Position numbers and translations under genes: made by a program | Source: an uncultured Flavobacteriaceae bacterium | Lineage (GTDB): Bacteria > Bacteroidota > Bacteroidia > NS11-12g > UBA955 | Length of the DNA stretch: 64,000 nucleotides | Reading direction: 5' to 3' | Assembly (NCBI GenBank): GCA_964626685.1 | Contig: CAZVJY010000001.1 | Location: forward strand, 173,881 to 237,880 | Notes under the pieces: model-generated | What the model was told of the DNA's origin: nothing | Databases searched by the model: none | Seen by the model: the letters and a program-made list of their open reading frames with translations, nothing else | Shown: in pieces, positions 30,287 to 40,697 of the stretch | Position numbering within the stretch: position 1 is the stretch's first letter | Layout of the letters: every line of letters begins with the position of its first letter

Positions 30287-31069
30287 CTATTTTCCTTTGA
30301 ATTCTGGTTTTCTCTTTTCATTAAATGCAGTTACACCTTCGCGGTAATCTTCGCTGCGCCCTGCAATCTCCTGGCAGTAGGCTTCATATTGCAACATGGT
30401 CTCCAGATCAGAATGTGTGGCTTTATTCAGCATCTTTTTAATCATTCCAATGGCCAGTGTTGGGGCATTTGCATAATAACCGGCTGCTTTATCTACTTCT
30501 TCGTCCAGCATTTCAGACGAGACCACGCGGTTGATTAAACCCCATTCAAGCGCCTGCTGTGCAGTCACTTTCTGAGCCATGGTGCACATTTCAAAAGCAC
30601 GGGCGGGCGAAATGGCCTTGGGCAGGAAATAACTGCTGCCACTATCAGGAACCAGACCAACATTCACAAAAACTTCAATCAGTGAAACATGCTCGGCTGC
30701 AATGATAAAATCACAGGCAAGTGCCAGTGATGCTCCCGCCCCCGCTGCCACACCATTGATTCTGCCGATGATGGGCTTGGGCATATCCCGCATGGCGCGG
30801 ATAATAGGATTGTAACGCTTGTAAAGACTTTCACTCAGGCTGCGGTTTTTACTGCCTGCGATGGCTTTTAAGTCCTGACCACTGCAAAATGCCTTTCCTG
30901 CTCCGGTTAGCACCAGCACACGAACCTCATCGTCTTTGGCAGCCTGCTTCAGTGCATCCTGCAACTGATAGCTCTGGTCATCATTGAATGCATTAAAAAC
31001 GTCGGGACGGTTAAGTGTAATGTGGGCAACATTGCCCTTTTTTTCATATAAAACTGCAGGAGATTCCAT
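30287..31069 (-). CDS. Enoyl-CoA hydratase/isomerase (PaaG-like)
   Basis: ITLNRPD, AFCSGQDL, NGVAAGAG, GLVPDSG, EKRKPEFKG. Confidence 0.88.
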   Translation of the reverse strand: MESPAVLYEKKGNVAHITLNRPDVFNAFNDDQSYQLQDALKQAAKDDEVRVLVLTGAGKAFCSGQDLKAIAGSKNRSLSESLYKRYNPIIRAMRDMPKPIIGRINGVAAGAGASLALACDFIIAAEHVSLIEVFVNVGLVPDSGSSYFLPKAISPARAFEMCTMAQKVTAQQALEWGLINRVVSSEMLDEEVDKAAGYYANAPTLAIGMIKKMLNKATHSDLETMLQYEAYCQEIAGRSEDYREGVTAFNEKRKPEFKGK

Positions 31070-31652
31070 AGTGGGTCAGCAAAAGGCTAGCAAATGCAAA
31101 TGTAACAAATAATCCAAGGCAAAAACCGAGTAATAGTTCAAAATGGCTGTGTGCAGACAATCCCTTTCGTGCCACATATACAGCCAACATCATAATTAAT
31201 GCCGCAAACACAGGCGCTGCGGACATTTGAAGGCATATTATCCAAGCCAGCAAACCAGCAACACCAGCCATATGTGCCGATGCCTTATAACCCAAAAAAT
31301 TTATCAAAAACAGCAGTGCCAGCACCGCCGTATTGCACACACTCCAAATCATGGAAGTAAGGGCATTTTCCCGAAAAATTAACCATGTAGTTATAGATGA
31401 AAACAAAATGCCGAGTGCGTACAAACCATGCCGCTGTTCGCGCCTGAAAACAAATATATCAGACACCTTTCCGAGTCTTATAAACAGCAACAGCGAAATC
31501 AAAGGGAAAATGACTGCTCCGCACAAAAATAAAACCCACACCTGCGACGAAACAGGCTCTACACTGTGCGTAAAACCCAAACCCATAGCTGCCATAGTGC
31601 CCGGATACAACAGGTAAGAAATTCCGCGATAGACAGACTGCATGTGCAGCAA
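31044..31652 (-). CDS. Membrane protein (PAP2-like C-terminus)
   Basis: Hydrophobic; KASAHMAG and AR...AHS..ELLLG pattern; start uncertain. Confidence 0.6.
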   Translation of the reverse strand: MLHMQSVYRGISYLLYPGTMAAMGLGFTHSVEPVSSQVWVLFLCGAVIFPLISLLLFIRLGKVSDIFVFRREQRHGLYALGILFSSITTWLIFRENALTSMIWSVCNTAVLALLFLINFLGYKASAHMAGVAGLLAWIICLQMSAAPVFAALIMMLAVYVARKGLSAHSHFELLLGFCLGLFVTFAFASLLLTHYGISCSFI

Positions 31653-31690
31653 AGATATACCAGGGCTATAAAGGTTTTTTTCTAAAAAGA

Positions 31691-32809
31691 CTAAATCCTA
31701 GGCCAAAGTTTACGCAAAACCAATCCATCCGTAAAACGCCATTCCAAGATTAAAAATCCGTTGGGCAGATCTGCAGGCAGTTTTGGAGCTCCTTCGTATA
31801 CACATTTCCCCGAAGAGCTGAAAACCATGCATTGCTGGGGCTGCGGACCTCCCTTACAGTGCCATTGTGCGCCATCAAACACCATTTCCCTTACTACAGA
31901 CCTCACTGAAACTGACGGTGGTGTTCGGCGAAAATCATAGCGGGCATAAACGGGATAATGATCGGATGTGTTGTTACCATAGCCTGAAATGTATGCATCG
32001 GCACGGAAAACAGCCTCAGAATTGGCCACATAATATGGCCTCAAACTGCGGTTCACCATCTGGTGATCAATCATATTGCTGAATGAAACCGTACTGCGCT
32101 GCCCTGAAAGTGTAAGGGTGCGGCTTGGGAAAAAATATGCAGCCGTATCAGCAAGAATGCGTGCAAATGGTGTAGCGAGATTGTTGTAAATACTCACATC
32201 CAGATCGTCGTTCCAGTCGCCGATAACCAAAAACTTTCTCGACTTTCGGGCATCCATATAATCTTTCAATGCCTCGCTGCTGCGCTTGCGAAAATCATAG
32301 GATTCGGCTCTCTCAGACGTGTTGCCGGTGTTGGCCTTTAGGTGAATCACTATGACATAGACTGTGTCCTTTTTTAAACCGGAATTTACTTCCAGCATTA
32401 CTTCCAGCGGTAAGCGTCCCGAGGCAAACTCGCGCTCATACACCGCCAGAATGTGCTGGGCATTGAGTACACGAAACATACTCTTACGGTAAATCAGTGC
32501 TGTTTTCTGGGTTTGAGACCAGGTTGAAATCACACCATCAAAGCCAGGAAGCCTTGCCCTGAGTGTATCCCAGGCCGCGGGGCTGCTCACTTCACACATG
32601 CCCCACAAATCCAGATCCATACCTTTCATGACGGCCACCACGTTTTTCATTTGGGTTACCTCATTCGATGGTCCAAACTGTGAATTACCCAGCCACTCGG
32701 TATTCCAGCAGGCTACGTCTACGGTTGTGTCTGTGCCGATTTTAGGAATACTCTGGGCACCCAGCCCATAAACAAAAAAGAACCCGATAACGACAATTAC
32801 TTTTTTCAA
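31691..32809 (-). CDS. Secreted endonuclease/exonuclease/phosphatase family protein
   Basis: WNTEW, HLKA, GDWND, IDH, SDHYPV; degenerate T9SS-like tail. Confidence 0.85.
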   Translation of the reverse strand: MKKVIVVIGFFFVYGLGAQSIPKIGTDTTVDVACWNTEWLGNSQFGPSNEVTQMKNVVAVMKGMDLDLWGMCEVSSPAAWDTLRARLPGFDGVISTWSQTQKTALIYRKSMFRVLNAQHILAVYEREFASGRLPLEVMLEVNSGLKKDTVYVIVIHLKANTGNTSERAESYDFRKRSSEALKDYMDARKSRKFLVIGDWNDDLDVSIYNNLATPFARILADTAAYFFPSRTLTLSGQRSTVSFSNMIDHQMVNRSLRPYYVANSEAVFRADAYISGYGNNTSDHYPVYARYDFRRTPPSVSVRSVVREMVFDGAQWHCKGGPQPQQCMVFSSSGKCVYEGAPKLPADLPNGFLILEWRFTDGLVLRKLWPRI

Positions 32810-33684
32810 TTTCGCTTGTCAAAACCCCAGCTGAGTTTGTTTCTGAGGGTATCCATAAAATGATCGCCATGCAGGCGCAATATTTTTAGTTCATGATCGG
32901 CTTTGCGAACAGCCATGTGGGTTTCGCCGCTAATGGATTGGCTTCGGGCATCCAGTGATGCCAGATAACTGCTCGCCCTGCCTTCAATCTCAAAACTGAT
33001 TACCAGGTTGTCGCTCACCACCACCGGCCGCACATTCAGGTTATGCGGGGCAATAGGTGTAATGACAAAATTGTCCGACCCGGGAAAGATAATGGGGCCA
33101 CCGCAGCTCAGCGAGTAACCCGTAGAACCCGTGGGTGTTGAAATTATCAAACCATCACTCCAGTAGCTGTTCATGAACTCCCCGTTCAGGTAAGTATGAA
33201 CAACTATCATGCTGGAGGTTTCTTTTTTGTGTATCACAAAATCGTTGAGCGCAAACGCATGATCAAACAACTTGGTGGTAGACTCCAGTTGAAGCAGGGT
33301 TCTGCTTTCAATTGTATAGTTTCCGCGCTCCACGTCGGTAATTGCCTTGTCTATGCCTTCAACAGAAATACCTGCCAGAAAGCCCAAGCGACCCGTATTC
33401 AAACCCAAAACCGGCACATTGCTGTCGCGCACCAGAGAAATGGCATCGAGCATGGTACCGTCACCACCCACACAGATAAGCAGATCAAGCAAAGGTTCTT
33501 TGGCAGAAAGATGCTGAAAGGTATTCAGCTTGAATTCGGTGCCTCCATGCATTTGCACGTAATCCACCAATGACTGGGTACACCAAACTTCGTGTCCACG
33601 GCGGTTCAGGGTATCGAGCAACAGGTTAAAACCCGACTCATGCTTATGATCCCTGACAGATTTGGCGTATACCCCTATTTTCAT
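32806..33684 (-). CDS. nadK: NAD kinase
   Basis: GGDGTML, NTGRLGFL, ALND, STPTGSTGYSLSCGGP. Confidence 0.95.
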   Translation of the reverse strand: MKIGVYAKSVRDHKHESGFNLLLDTLNRRGHEVWCTQSLVDYVQMHGGTEFKLNTFQHLSAKEPLLDLLICVGGDGTMLDAISLVRDSNVPVLGLNTGRLGFLAGISVEGIDKAITDVERGNYTIESRTLLQLESTTKLFDHAFALNDFVIHKKETSSMIVVHTYLNGEFMNSYWSDGLIISTPTGSTGYSLSCGGPIIFPGSDNFVITPIAPHNLNVRPVVVSDNLVISFEIEGRASSYLASLDARSQSISGETHMAVRKADHELKILRLHGDHFMDTLRNKLSWGFDKRN

Positions 33685-33686
33685 GC

Positions 33687-35078
33687 TTAAAAAGCGTTAG
33701 TAAAAGACATATTAAATACCCAGTTTCCCCAGTGGTTGCGGCTCAGTTCGAAGCGCGACATGGCTGTGTACCACACAATCACATCCAGGCCTACCCCTGC
33801 ACCTGTCATCCAGCGGGAATTCAGGGTGTTTTCAGGCAACATTACCGGTCTGATAACGCGGCCTGCATCCGCAAAGATAGTACACCACACACTAACAGGC
33901 AGTGTTCGGTAATTTTCAAAAGCTGAAATTCCCGGCACCATTTTCCCGGAATGCCTGTAAACAGGCCTTCTCAGACCGGTTTTACCCAGTATAAAACCCA
34001 TTCCGTCGGCCACATATGGCTCATAACCCCGAACATAGCGGTTTTCATAGCCCAGCTGACGGGCAAAAACGTAGGGCAATGTTCCCACCAATAAAGCATT
34101 CAGATCCGCATTGTATGAAGCCTGCAGGGCATTGGTAAACACCCAGCTTCCCATGGGTTTAAAATAATTTGCCTTCATGTAACCCTGTGCGATGACCGGT
34201 GAGCGTGACAGCGGATTTAGCCTGGTATAAGTCACCCCAGTTTTAACATAATAACCATCCATTGGATAATGACGTTGCCTGCGGTGATCCGTGGTGTATG
34301 CAAATCCAATACCCGCGTAATCTCCTTTTTGTCCGGCCATGTATTGCTTTACAGCCCGTTCATTCTTTTTAACCGCCGAATCCGAATAGCGATAGGTTCC
34401 ATAATTAACCTGCCATTCCAAAAAGCTGTAGTAACTAAGCCGTTTTCTCAGCATACCATTTAGCCAGGTATTCCGCTGCACGGGTTCCGATTCTACCCGC
34501 AAAAACTGCAATCTGTCACCGGAAGTTTGATACCACAATTCGTGGTTGCTCCAGTAGCCGGCACCAATAGAGTAGGCAAACCCTCTGTTATAAGTTGGAA
34601 ACGGCCTGCTGTACTGTACAGCATAACTGCGGTTATATCCATGGATGGCCTTTAGTGCCAGCGTCTGGTTCCGGCCTCTGAGGTTATTCAAAAATAACGT
34701 TCCTCCATAAATTAGACGAGACAGGTCTTTCCCTTGCCACCAGACATTAAAATTGCGATCAGCCCAGGTAATTTCAGGCAAAAACCAGGTGTATTTTTTT
34801 TCTTTTAGCAGAATAAAAACAGAGTCATTGGCCAATTGAATTTCTACATGTGTAAACAATCCCAAATCGCTTGTACGCTGTATCCAAAGAGTTTTCAAAC
34901 TATCATTAAACAGGGTATTCTCATTTTTATCAAGGCCCAATTCCCTGAAAACAACTTCTTCTTTGGTAGTACGATTTCCTATTATCGCTATATTACGATT
35001 AGGTATACTATTTTGAGCAAATAGGATGTGAATTTTAAAACATAACAATAAACCGATATATCGGTTAAAACTAGGCAT
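33687..35078 (-). CDS. Omp85/BamA-TamA-like outer membrane protein with one POTRA domain
   Basis: IIGNRTTKEEVVFREL POTRA, VRGYE loop motif, FADAG, GAGVGL, terminal F. Confidence 0.75.
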   Translation of the reverse strand: MPSFNRYIGLLLCFKIHILFAQNSIPNRNIAIIGNRTTKEEVVFRELGLDKNENTLFNDSLKTLWIQRTSDLGLFTHVEIQLANDSVFILLKEKKYTWFLPEITWADRNFNVWWQGKDLSRLIYGGTLFLNNLRGRNQTLALKAIHGYNRSYAVQYSRPFPTYNRGFAYSIGAGYWSNHELWYQTSGDRLQFLRVESEPVQRNTWLNGMLRKRLSYYSFLEWQVNYGTYRYSDSAVKKNERAVKQYMAGQKGDYAGIGFAYTTDHRRQRHYPMDGYYVKTGVTYTRLNPLSRSPVIAQGYMKANYFKPMGSWVFTNALQASYNADLNALLVGTLPYVFARQLGYENRYVRGYEPYVADGMGFILGKTGLRRPVYRHSGKMVPGISAFENYRTLPVSVWCTIFADAGRVIRPVMLPENTLNSRWMTGAGVGLDVIVWYTAMSRFELSRNHWGNWVFNMSFTNAF

Positions 35079-35580
35079 TTTTTCTTTCCAGAATCACAAA
35101 ATCAAACGCGTATTTGTGTTTTTCATCAATGGAATGATGCTCTCTGAAAACCTCATTCCATAATATTTTTTCATACGCAGGGAAAAATGTATCGGCACCC
35201 GGAAAATGTCCATCTACTTCCGTGATATATAATTTATCAAGCATGGCTAAAGACTGTTTATAAATTTCTCCGCCACCAATAATAAATATCTCACCGTCAT
35301 GTTGCGATTTAGCATATCCCAATGATTTTTCAAGGCTATCAACTGCGTAAAATCCATCAATTACATTTTCAGGATTTCGGGTAATCACAATATTAAGTCG
35401 TTTCTTAAGCGGCTTGCCCAGGCTTTGCATGTTTTTTCTGCCCATAATAACGGGTTTACCGCGGGTATGTTGTACGAACCATGAAAAATCATCTGGCAGA
35501 TGCCACAGCAAATCATTGCCTGCGCCCAGTTCCAGGCCTTTTCCAACGGCAGCAATGGCCGAAATACAATGAGAAGACAT
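35071..35580 (-). CDS. folA: Dihydrofolate reductase
   Basis: LLWHLPDDF, VIMGRK, NIVITR, IIGGGEIY, ADTFFP. Confidence 0.95.
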   Translation of the reverse strand: MSSHCISAIAAVGKGLELGAGNDLLWHLPDDFSWFVQHTRGKPVIMGRKNMQSLGKPLKKRLNIVITRNPENVIDGFYAVDSLEKSLGYAKSQHDGEIFIIGGGEIYKQSLAMLDKLYITEVDGHFPGADTFFPAYEKILWNEVFREHHSIDEKHKYAFDFVILERKNA

Positions 35581-35584
35581 GGTA

Positions 35585-35619
35585 CAAAGGTAAGCCCTGA
35601 AAATTAAGCTGTATCTTTG
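35585..35619. promoter_or_regulatory. Back-to-back Bacteroidota -7 elements for folA (minus, TACCTTTG 35585-35592) and der (plus, TATCTTTG 35612-35619)
   Basis: Two exact TAnnTTTG matches in a 48-bp divergent gap. Confidence 0.65.
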
Positions 35620-35628
35620 TACCTTATT

Positions 35629-36939
35629 ATGAGTCGTTTGGTAGCTATAGTAGGGAGGCCCAATGTGGGTAAATCAACATTGTTCAACCGTTTAACAGGA
35701 GAACGCAAAGCCATTGTTGATGATATGAGCGGCGTTACCCGTGACCGCCACTATGGCACTTCTGAGTGGAACGGTATTGAGTTTTCCGTAGTGGACACCG
35801 GCGGTTTTGTACCCGACAGTTCGGATGTGTTTGAAGCTGCCATTCGCGAGCAGGTTCACATTGCCATAGAAGAAGCTTCCGTATTGCTTTTTGTGGTGGA
35901 TGTGATGAGCGATGTGCATCCGCTGGACGAAGAATTTGCCCAGATTCTGAGGCGCTCCAAAAAACCCGTGCTGCTGGTGGTAAACAAAGTTGATAACGAA
36001 AGACTGAGCATGGATGCTTCCGTATTCTACACCCTCGGTTTCGACCAGTATTTCGAAATTTCATCCGCAAATGGTCACGGTACCGGAGATTTGCTTGACG
36101 AAGTGGCTGCGCGGCTCAAGGAAGAAGCTCCCGATACCAGCATTGACGAAGACCTTCCCCGCATTGCCATTGTAGGAAGACCCAACGTGGGCAAAAGCAG
36201 CCTGGTAAATGCCCTCACTGGAACCCAACGCAATATTGTAACCAACATTGCCGGCACTACCCGCGATTCGCTGGACACCAAATACAAAGCCTACGGCAAA
36301 GAATTCATCCTGGTGGATACCGCCGGTATACGCCGCAAAAGCAAGGTGCATGAAAACATTGAATTTTACAGTGTAATGCGCTCCCTGCGTGCGCTGGAGA
36401 ATAGCGATGTGGTGGTAATTGTGATTGATGCCACCCAAGGCCTGGAATCGCAGGATTTGAACCTGTTCTGGATGGCACACCGCCTGGGGAAAGGGGTTGT
36501 GATACTCGTAAATAAATGGGATCTGGTGGAAAAGGACACCAATACCCACCTCGCATACACCGAAGATATCAAATCCAAAATATCACCATTTGTGGATGTG
36601 CCGATTTTGTACATCTCTGCTGTAACCAAACAGCGTATTTTTCAGGCCCTGGAAACCATCCTGCAGGTGTATGATGGCCTGACCATGAAAATTCCCACCC
36701 ACAAACTCAATGAATACCTGTTGCCTATCATGGAAGCGTTTCCGCCACCCAGCCGCAAGGGCAAATTCGTGAAAATTAAGTTTGTGACCCAGCTGCCCTC
36801 CAAAAGGCTGGCTATAGCGCTGTTTTGCAACCTGCCACAATACGTGGCCGACAGCTATTCCCGATTTATTGAAAACAAGCTGCGCGAAGCATTTCCGCTG
36901 ACCGGTGTGCCGGTGACGTTGTTTTTCCGCAAAAAATGA
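35629..36939 (+). CDS. der: Ribosome biogenesis GTPase Der
   Basis: Two GRPNVGKS P-loops, DTGG/DTAG, NKVD/NKWD. Confidence 0.97.
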   Translation: MSRLVAIVGRPNVGKSTLFNRLTGERKAIVDDMSGVTRDRHYGTSEWNGIEFSVVDTGGFVPDSSDVFEAAIREQVHIAIEEASVLLFVVDVMSDVHPLDEEFAQILRRSKKPVLLVVNKVDNERLSMDASVFYTLGFDQYFEISSANGHGTGDLLDEVAARLKEEAPDTSIDEDLPRIAIVGRPNVGKSSLVNALTGTQRNIVTNIAGTTRDSLDTKYKAYGKEFILVDTAGIRRKSKVHENIEFYSVMRSLRALENSDVVVIVIDATQGLESQDLNLFWMAHRLGKGVVILVNKWDLVEKDTNTHLAYTEDIKSKISPFVDVPILYISAVTKQRIFQALETILQVYDGLTMKIPTHKLNEYLLPIMEAFPPPSRKGKFVKIKFVTQLPSKRLAIALFCNLPQYVADSYSRFIENKLREAFPLTGVPVTLFFRKK

Positions 36940-37982
36940 GTACCGCTCAGGATATCCGATCCCTTACCCTTCCGCAACTGGAACAGGCCCTCAAAGACCT
37001 TGGGGAGCCCGCATTCAGGGGCCGGCAGATTTATGAATGGCTGTGGAAGAAAGGGGCCCGGGATATAGCAGGCATGACCAATTTATCGCTGGCACTGAGA
37101 GAAAAGCTACAAAGCCATTTCTGCCTGCTGCCCGCGCAAATACACACCCAGCAAAAAAGCAAAGACGGAACCATAAAATGCAGTTTTGTGCTGCACGACG
37201 GCAACCTGATTGAAGGCGTGCTAATACCCACCGAAACCCGCGTTACGGCTTGCGTTAGCAGCCAGGTAGGATGCAGCCTGGACTGTAAATTTTGTGCAAC
37301 TGGCTATCTAAAACGGCAGCGCAACCTCGAAGCAGGCGAAATCTATGATCAGGTATGGTTGCTGAATGAACTGGCCGAAAAGCACTATGGCAAAGGGCTT
37401 GACAATATTGTGTACATGGGCATGGGTGAACCCTTACTCAATTATGCAAATGTGTGGCGCAGCGTGGAACTCATAACCGGTGAAAACGGCCTGAACATGA
37501 GCCCGCAGCGTATTACCGTGAGCACTGCAGGCATTGTCAAAATGATTGTGAAAATGGCCGATGACGGTGCCAAATTCAACCTGGCACTGAGCCTGCACGC
37601 AGCCAACGACGAGAAACGCACCGCCATCATGCCGATCAACGCCAGCAACAACCTGGAAATGCTGGCCGAAGCGCTGAAACACTGGTATGACAAAACAGGC
37701 TCCCGGCCCACATTGGAATACACCGTTATAGAAGGTATAAATGACGATGGAGAGGAAATGCGCGAACTGATTGCCTTTGCCCGGAAATTCCCCTGTAAAA
37801 TCAACCTGATAGAATACAACCCCATAGGTGAACTGGCTCCTTACCTTCCAACCCAGGAAAATAAACTCGAACGCTTTGCCAACGGACTATCCGCTGCAAA
37901 ACTGATTGTGAATGTGCGCAGGAGCCGCGGTAAAGATATTGATGCAGCCTGCGGTCAGCTGGCCAACAAACTGGGCAATTAA
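36936..37982 (+). CDS. rlmN: 23S rRNA A2503 methyltransferase (radical SAM)
   Basis: SSQVGCSLDCKFC, MGMGEP, DIDAACGQL. Confidence 0.96.
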   Translation: MSTAQDIRSLTLPQLEQALKDLGEPAFRGRQIYEWLWKKGARDIAGMTNLSLALREKLQSHFCLLPAQIHTQQKSKDGTIKCSFVLHDGNLIEGVLIPTETRVTACVSSQVGCSLDCKFCATGYLKRQRNLEAGEIYDQVWLLNELAEKHYGKGLDNIVYMGMGEPLLNYANVWRSVELITGENGLNMSPQRITVSTAGIVKMIVKMADDGAKFNLALSLHAANDEKRTAIMPINASNNLEMLAEALKHWYDKTGSRPTLEYTVIEGINDDGEEMRELIAFARKFPCKINLIEYNPIGELAPYLPTQENKLERFANGLSAAKLIVNVRRSRGKDIDAACGQLANKLGN

Positions 37983-38497
37983 CGCTTCAGCAGCATTATA
38001 AAGTCATTCATAAAATAACCGTCACCGATGTCAAAATCGGCCACCTGCTCTATCACAAAACCCATTTTAAAATAAAAATTAATGGCCTTGTAATTCTGCC
38101 GGTTTACCTGCAGGCGCAGTTCGCGGCAATCCCTGTAATTTTTCATGATTTCATGAATAACATAAGATCCCACACCGGTGCGCTGCTGGGTGGTTTTGAT
38201 ATAACATTTATTCAGAAAATAGTTTCCAGGCCCCTTATTTTCTAATGCAGCAAATCCAATGGGGGTTTCATTTTCCAGCACAAGAAAAAAAAGCTGTCCG
38301 CTCTGCATTTGGTGCAGCATGGCTTCTTCGGCATACATGCGGTTCAGCATATAATCAACCTGCGCCTGACCAATGATGGCGGGATAATGGTCGTTCCATA
38401 TTTCGCGGGCCAGTACCTGAATGGTGGAAATATCTTTTTCGGAGGCGGCTGATAAATGCAAATTCACAATGCAAAAATGCGCAAATTTGTGGGGCAA
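37979..38497 (-). CDS. GNAT family acetyltransferase
   Basis: QRTGVGS, LQVNRQN..AINFY..MGF; start uncertain. Confidence 0.85.
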   Translation of the reverse strand: MPHKFAHFCIVNLHLSAASEKDISTIQVLAREIWNDHYPAIIGQAQVDYMLNRMYAEEAMLHQMQSGQLFFLVLENETPIGFAALENKGPGNYFLNKCYIKTTQQRTGVGSYVIHEIMKNYRDCRELRLQVNRQNYKAINFYFKMGFVIEQVADFDIGDGYFMNDFIMLLKR

Positions 38498-38502
38498 TAA
38501 CG

Positions 38503-39228
38503 ATGTTTAGGGCAGAATCTCTGGAAAGTGGCTACGTACAAGAAAAAAAATCCTGTGTATTGCACGGCCCTATGAATTTTGACATAAAACCGGGCTCACT
38601 GCTGCTGCTGGCAGGCAAAAACGGGGCTGGCAAAAGTACACTGATGCAGATTCTTGGAGGACTGGAAAAACCTTTATCCGGCAGGGTAATCATCAATGGC
38701 TCCGATTTGCACAAAGTGAGCACAGAAACCCGCGCATCACTCATCAGCCAGGTTTTCACGCACCCGCCCAACATGCCATTAACAACAGCCAAAGAAGTTG
38801 TTTTCAGTAGTCGCCTGCGCTTTGTATCCGGCTGGAACGGCAACATCAAGGACCATGAAAAAGAGCTGCTAAAAGCACTGGAAATGTGCGGCATGGAAGC
38901 TTTTGCCGAAAGACAATTCAACACCCTCAGCGACGGCGAAAAACAAAAGGTAATGATTGCGCGCGCACTGGCTCAGGAAACTCCGGTATTGCTGATGGAT
39001 GAACCTTTGGCCTTTCTTGATTATCCCGGCAGAAGAGAAATGCTGGCGCGCATGAAAAAATGGTGCAGTGAGCTGGGCAAAACCATCCTATTCAGCAGCC
39101 ATGACCTCGAACTGGCATTGAAAAGCGCGGATGCCATGCTGCTGTTGCAGGATAAAGGCAATTACAGATGGGAATGGGATCAAAAAACGGTAGCTCACAC
39201 GGATCCCGCGACGTTGTTTGGCGCATGA
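38503..39228 (+). CDS. ABC transporter ATP-binding protein (iron-chelate/FecE-like)
   Basis: GKNGAGKST, LSDGEKQKVMIARALAQ, LLMDEP, SHD. Confidence 0.88.
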   Translation: MFRAESLESGYVQEKKSCVLHGPMNFDIKPGSLLLLAGKNGAGKSTLMQILGGLEKPLSGRVIINGSDLHKVSTETRASLISQVFTHPPNMPLTTAKEVVFSSRLRFVSGWNGNIKDHEKELLKALEMCGMEAFAERQFNTLSDGEKQKVMIARALAQETPVLLMDEPLAFLDYPGRREMLARMKKWCSELGKTILFSSHDLELALKSADAMLLLQDKGNYRWEWDQKTVAHTDPATLFGA

Positions 39229-39959
39229 AAACCCGCAGGCCATTTCGGTTTAAACAATTTGAAGTAGCGCAGGAAGGCGGTTGTATGCCCGTAACCACCG
39301 ATGCCTGTATTTTCGGCGCCCTGGCAGACATTGGAAATGCCAGAAGTGTACTGGATATTGGGACGGGTACCGGATTATTGTCGCTGATGCTGGCACAACG
39401 GTTTCCCGAAGCGCATTTTACGGCTGTTGATATTGATGAAGCAAGTGTGAACCAAGCAAATCAAAATTTTGGCAACTCACCATGGAAAGGCCGTCTGCAT
39501 GGCATCATAGCCGATATCCGAGAATGGGAACCGGGCAAACAATTTGATGCCATCGTGTGCAATCCACCATTTTTTGAGAATCAGTTGCAAAGCGAAAGTG
39601 ACGCCAAACGCAGGGCCCGGCACACAGTGACATTGGATTATGAAAAACTGTTACTTAGTATAAAAAACCTATTAAAATCCGAAGGTAAATGCTGGCTACT
39701 TTTACCCTATATACATATGGATTTTATTGATACAGCACTTAAAAAGCACAATTTATATACCATTCATAAAATACCAGTGAGATCTTTTGACAAATCGAAT
39801 CCACATGTATATATTATTTACATCAGCAAAACCAATGCTGAAGGATTTTACAGTGACTTTATAGTTTACGAAAGAAAAGGCGTTTTATCCGCAAATATGA
39901 AAATCTTAATGAAAGATTTTTACCTGGATTTAATTACCGATAAAAAGCAATATAAATAG
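39225..39959 (+). CDS. tRNA1(Val) A37 N6-methyltransferase (TrmN6/YfiC-like)
   Basis: FRFKQF, VTTDA, LDIGTGTG, NPPFF, ARH. Confidence 0.88.
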   Translation: MKTRRPFRFKQFEVAQEGGCMPVTTDACIFGALADIGNARSVLDIGTGTGLLSLMLAQRFPEAHFTAVDIDEASVNQANQNFGNSPWKGRLHGIIADIREWEPGKQFDAIVCNPPFFENQLQSESDAKRRARHTVTLDYEKLLLSIKNLLKSEGKCWLLLPYIHMDFIDTALKKHNLYTIHKIPVRSFDKSNPHVYIIYISKTNAEGFYSDFIVYERKGVLSANMKILMKDFYLDLITDKKQYK

Positions 39960-40007
39960 GATATTTATTTTATTTATTTTTAGAAATAAATAACAATTTA
40001 CGTACGG

Positions 40008-40697
40008 TCAACCCCTTGGTTTCAATGGCCTGATTTCGAGGTTTACAGGATGGTAGTTTGCCGGGCTTTCCAGCGCATATATTATTTGTGTCGCAACATC
40101 TTCAGGCATAAGCATATTGTCGTGCGCCTTGATATTGGCACTGTGTCTGAAAAAATCGGTTTTCACACTGCCGGGATACACACAGGTAACCTTCACCCCA
40201 AAATCGCGCACTTCCTTGTATAGCGCATCGCTGAAACCGCGCACCGCAAACTTGGTGGCGCAATATCCAGAAACCTGCTGATACCCTTCTAGGCCTGCAA
40301 TGCTGGCAATATTTACAATATGCCCCGAGTCTTGCTTCTTCATGCCCGGCAACACCCTGCGTGTAAAATAAAAAATACCGTTCACATTGGTATTGAACAT
40401 CTCCTGCCACTGTTCCACGCTCAGTTCTTCGCACGCACCAAAATAGCCAAGTCCGGCATTGTTGATGAGGATGTCAACAGTACCGTGCTTTTGCAAAATA
40501 CTATCCATTACCGCATCTGCTTGCGCCTGATTGCCCACATCGGCATGCAAACAATGGTATTTCTCATGCTGCAAACTGCAACCGCTGCGGCAAATGCCAT
40601 ATACCTCAGCCCCTTTTTCCAGCAACATTTTCACACACTCAAGGCCAATACCTTTGTTAGCGCCGGTAACCACGGCAATTTTATTTTTCAATTCCAT
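40008..40697 (-). CDS. SDR family oxidoreductase
   Basis: TGANKGIG, NNAG, YCATK. Confidence 0.92.
   Translation of the reverse strand: MELKNKIAVVTGANKGIGLECVKMLLEKGAEVYGICRSGCSLQHEKYHCLHADVGNQAQADAVMDSILQKHGTVDILINNAGLGYFGACEELSVEQWQEMFNTNVNGIFYFTRRVLPGMKKQDSGHIVNIASIAGLEGYQQVSGYCATKFAVRGFSDALYKEVRDFGVKVTCVYPGSVKTDFFRHSANIKAHDNMLMPEDVATQIIYALESPANYHPVNLEIRPLKPRG

Noticed and set aside
33687-35078. Short Omp85-like protein as a novel secretion system
   Set aside because: Housekeeping context with no passenger or partner gene; single-POTRA Omp85 paralogues are common in this phylum.
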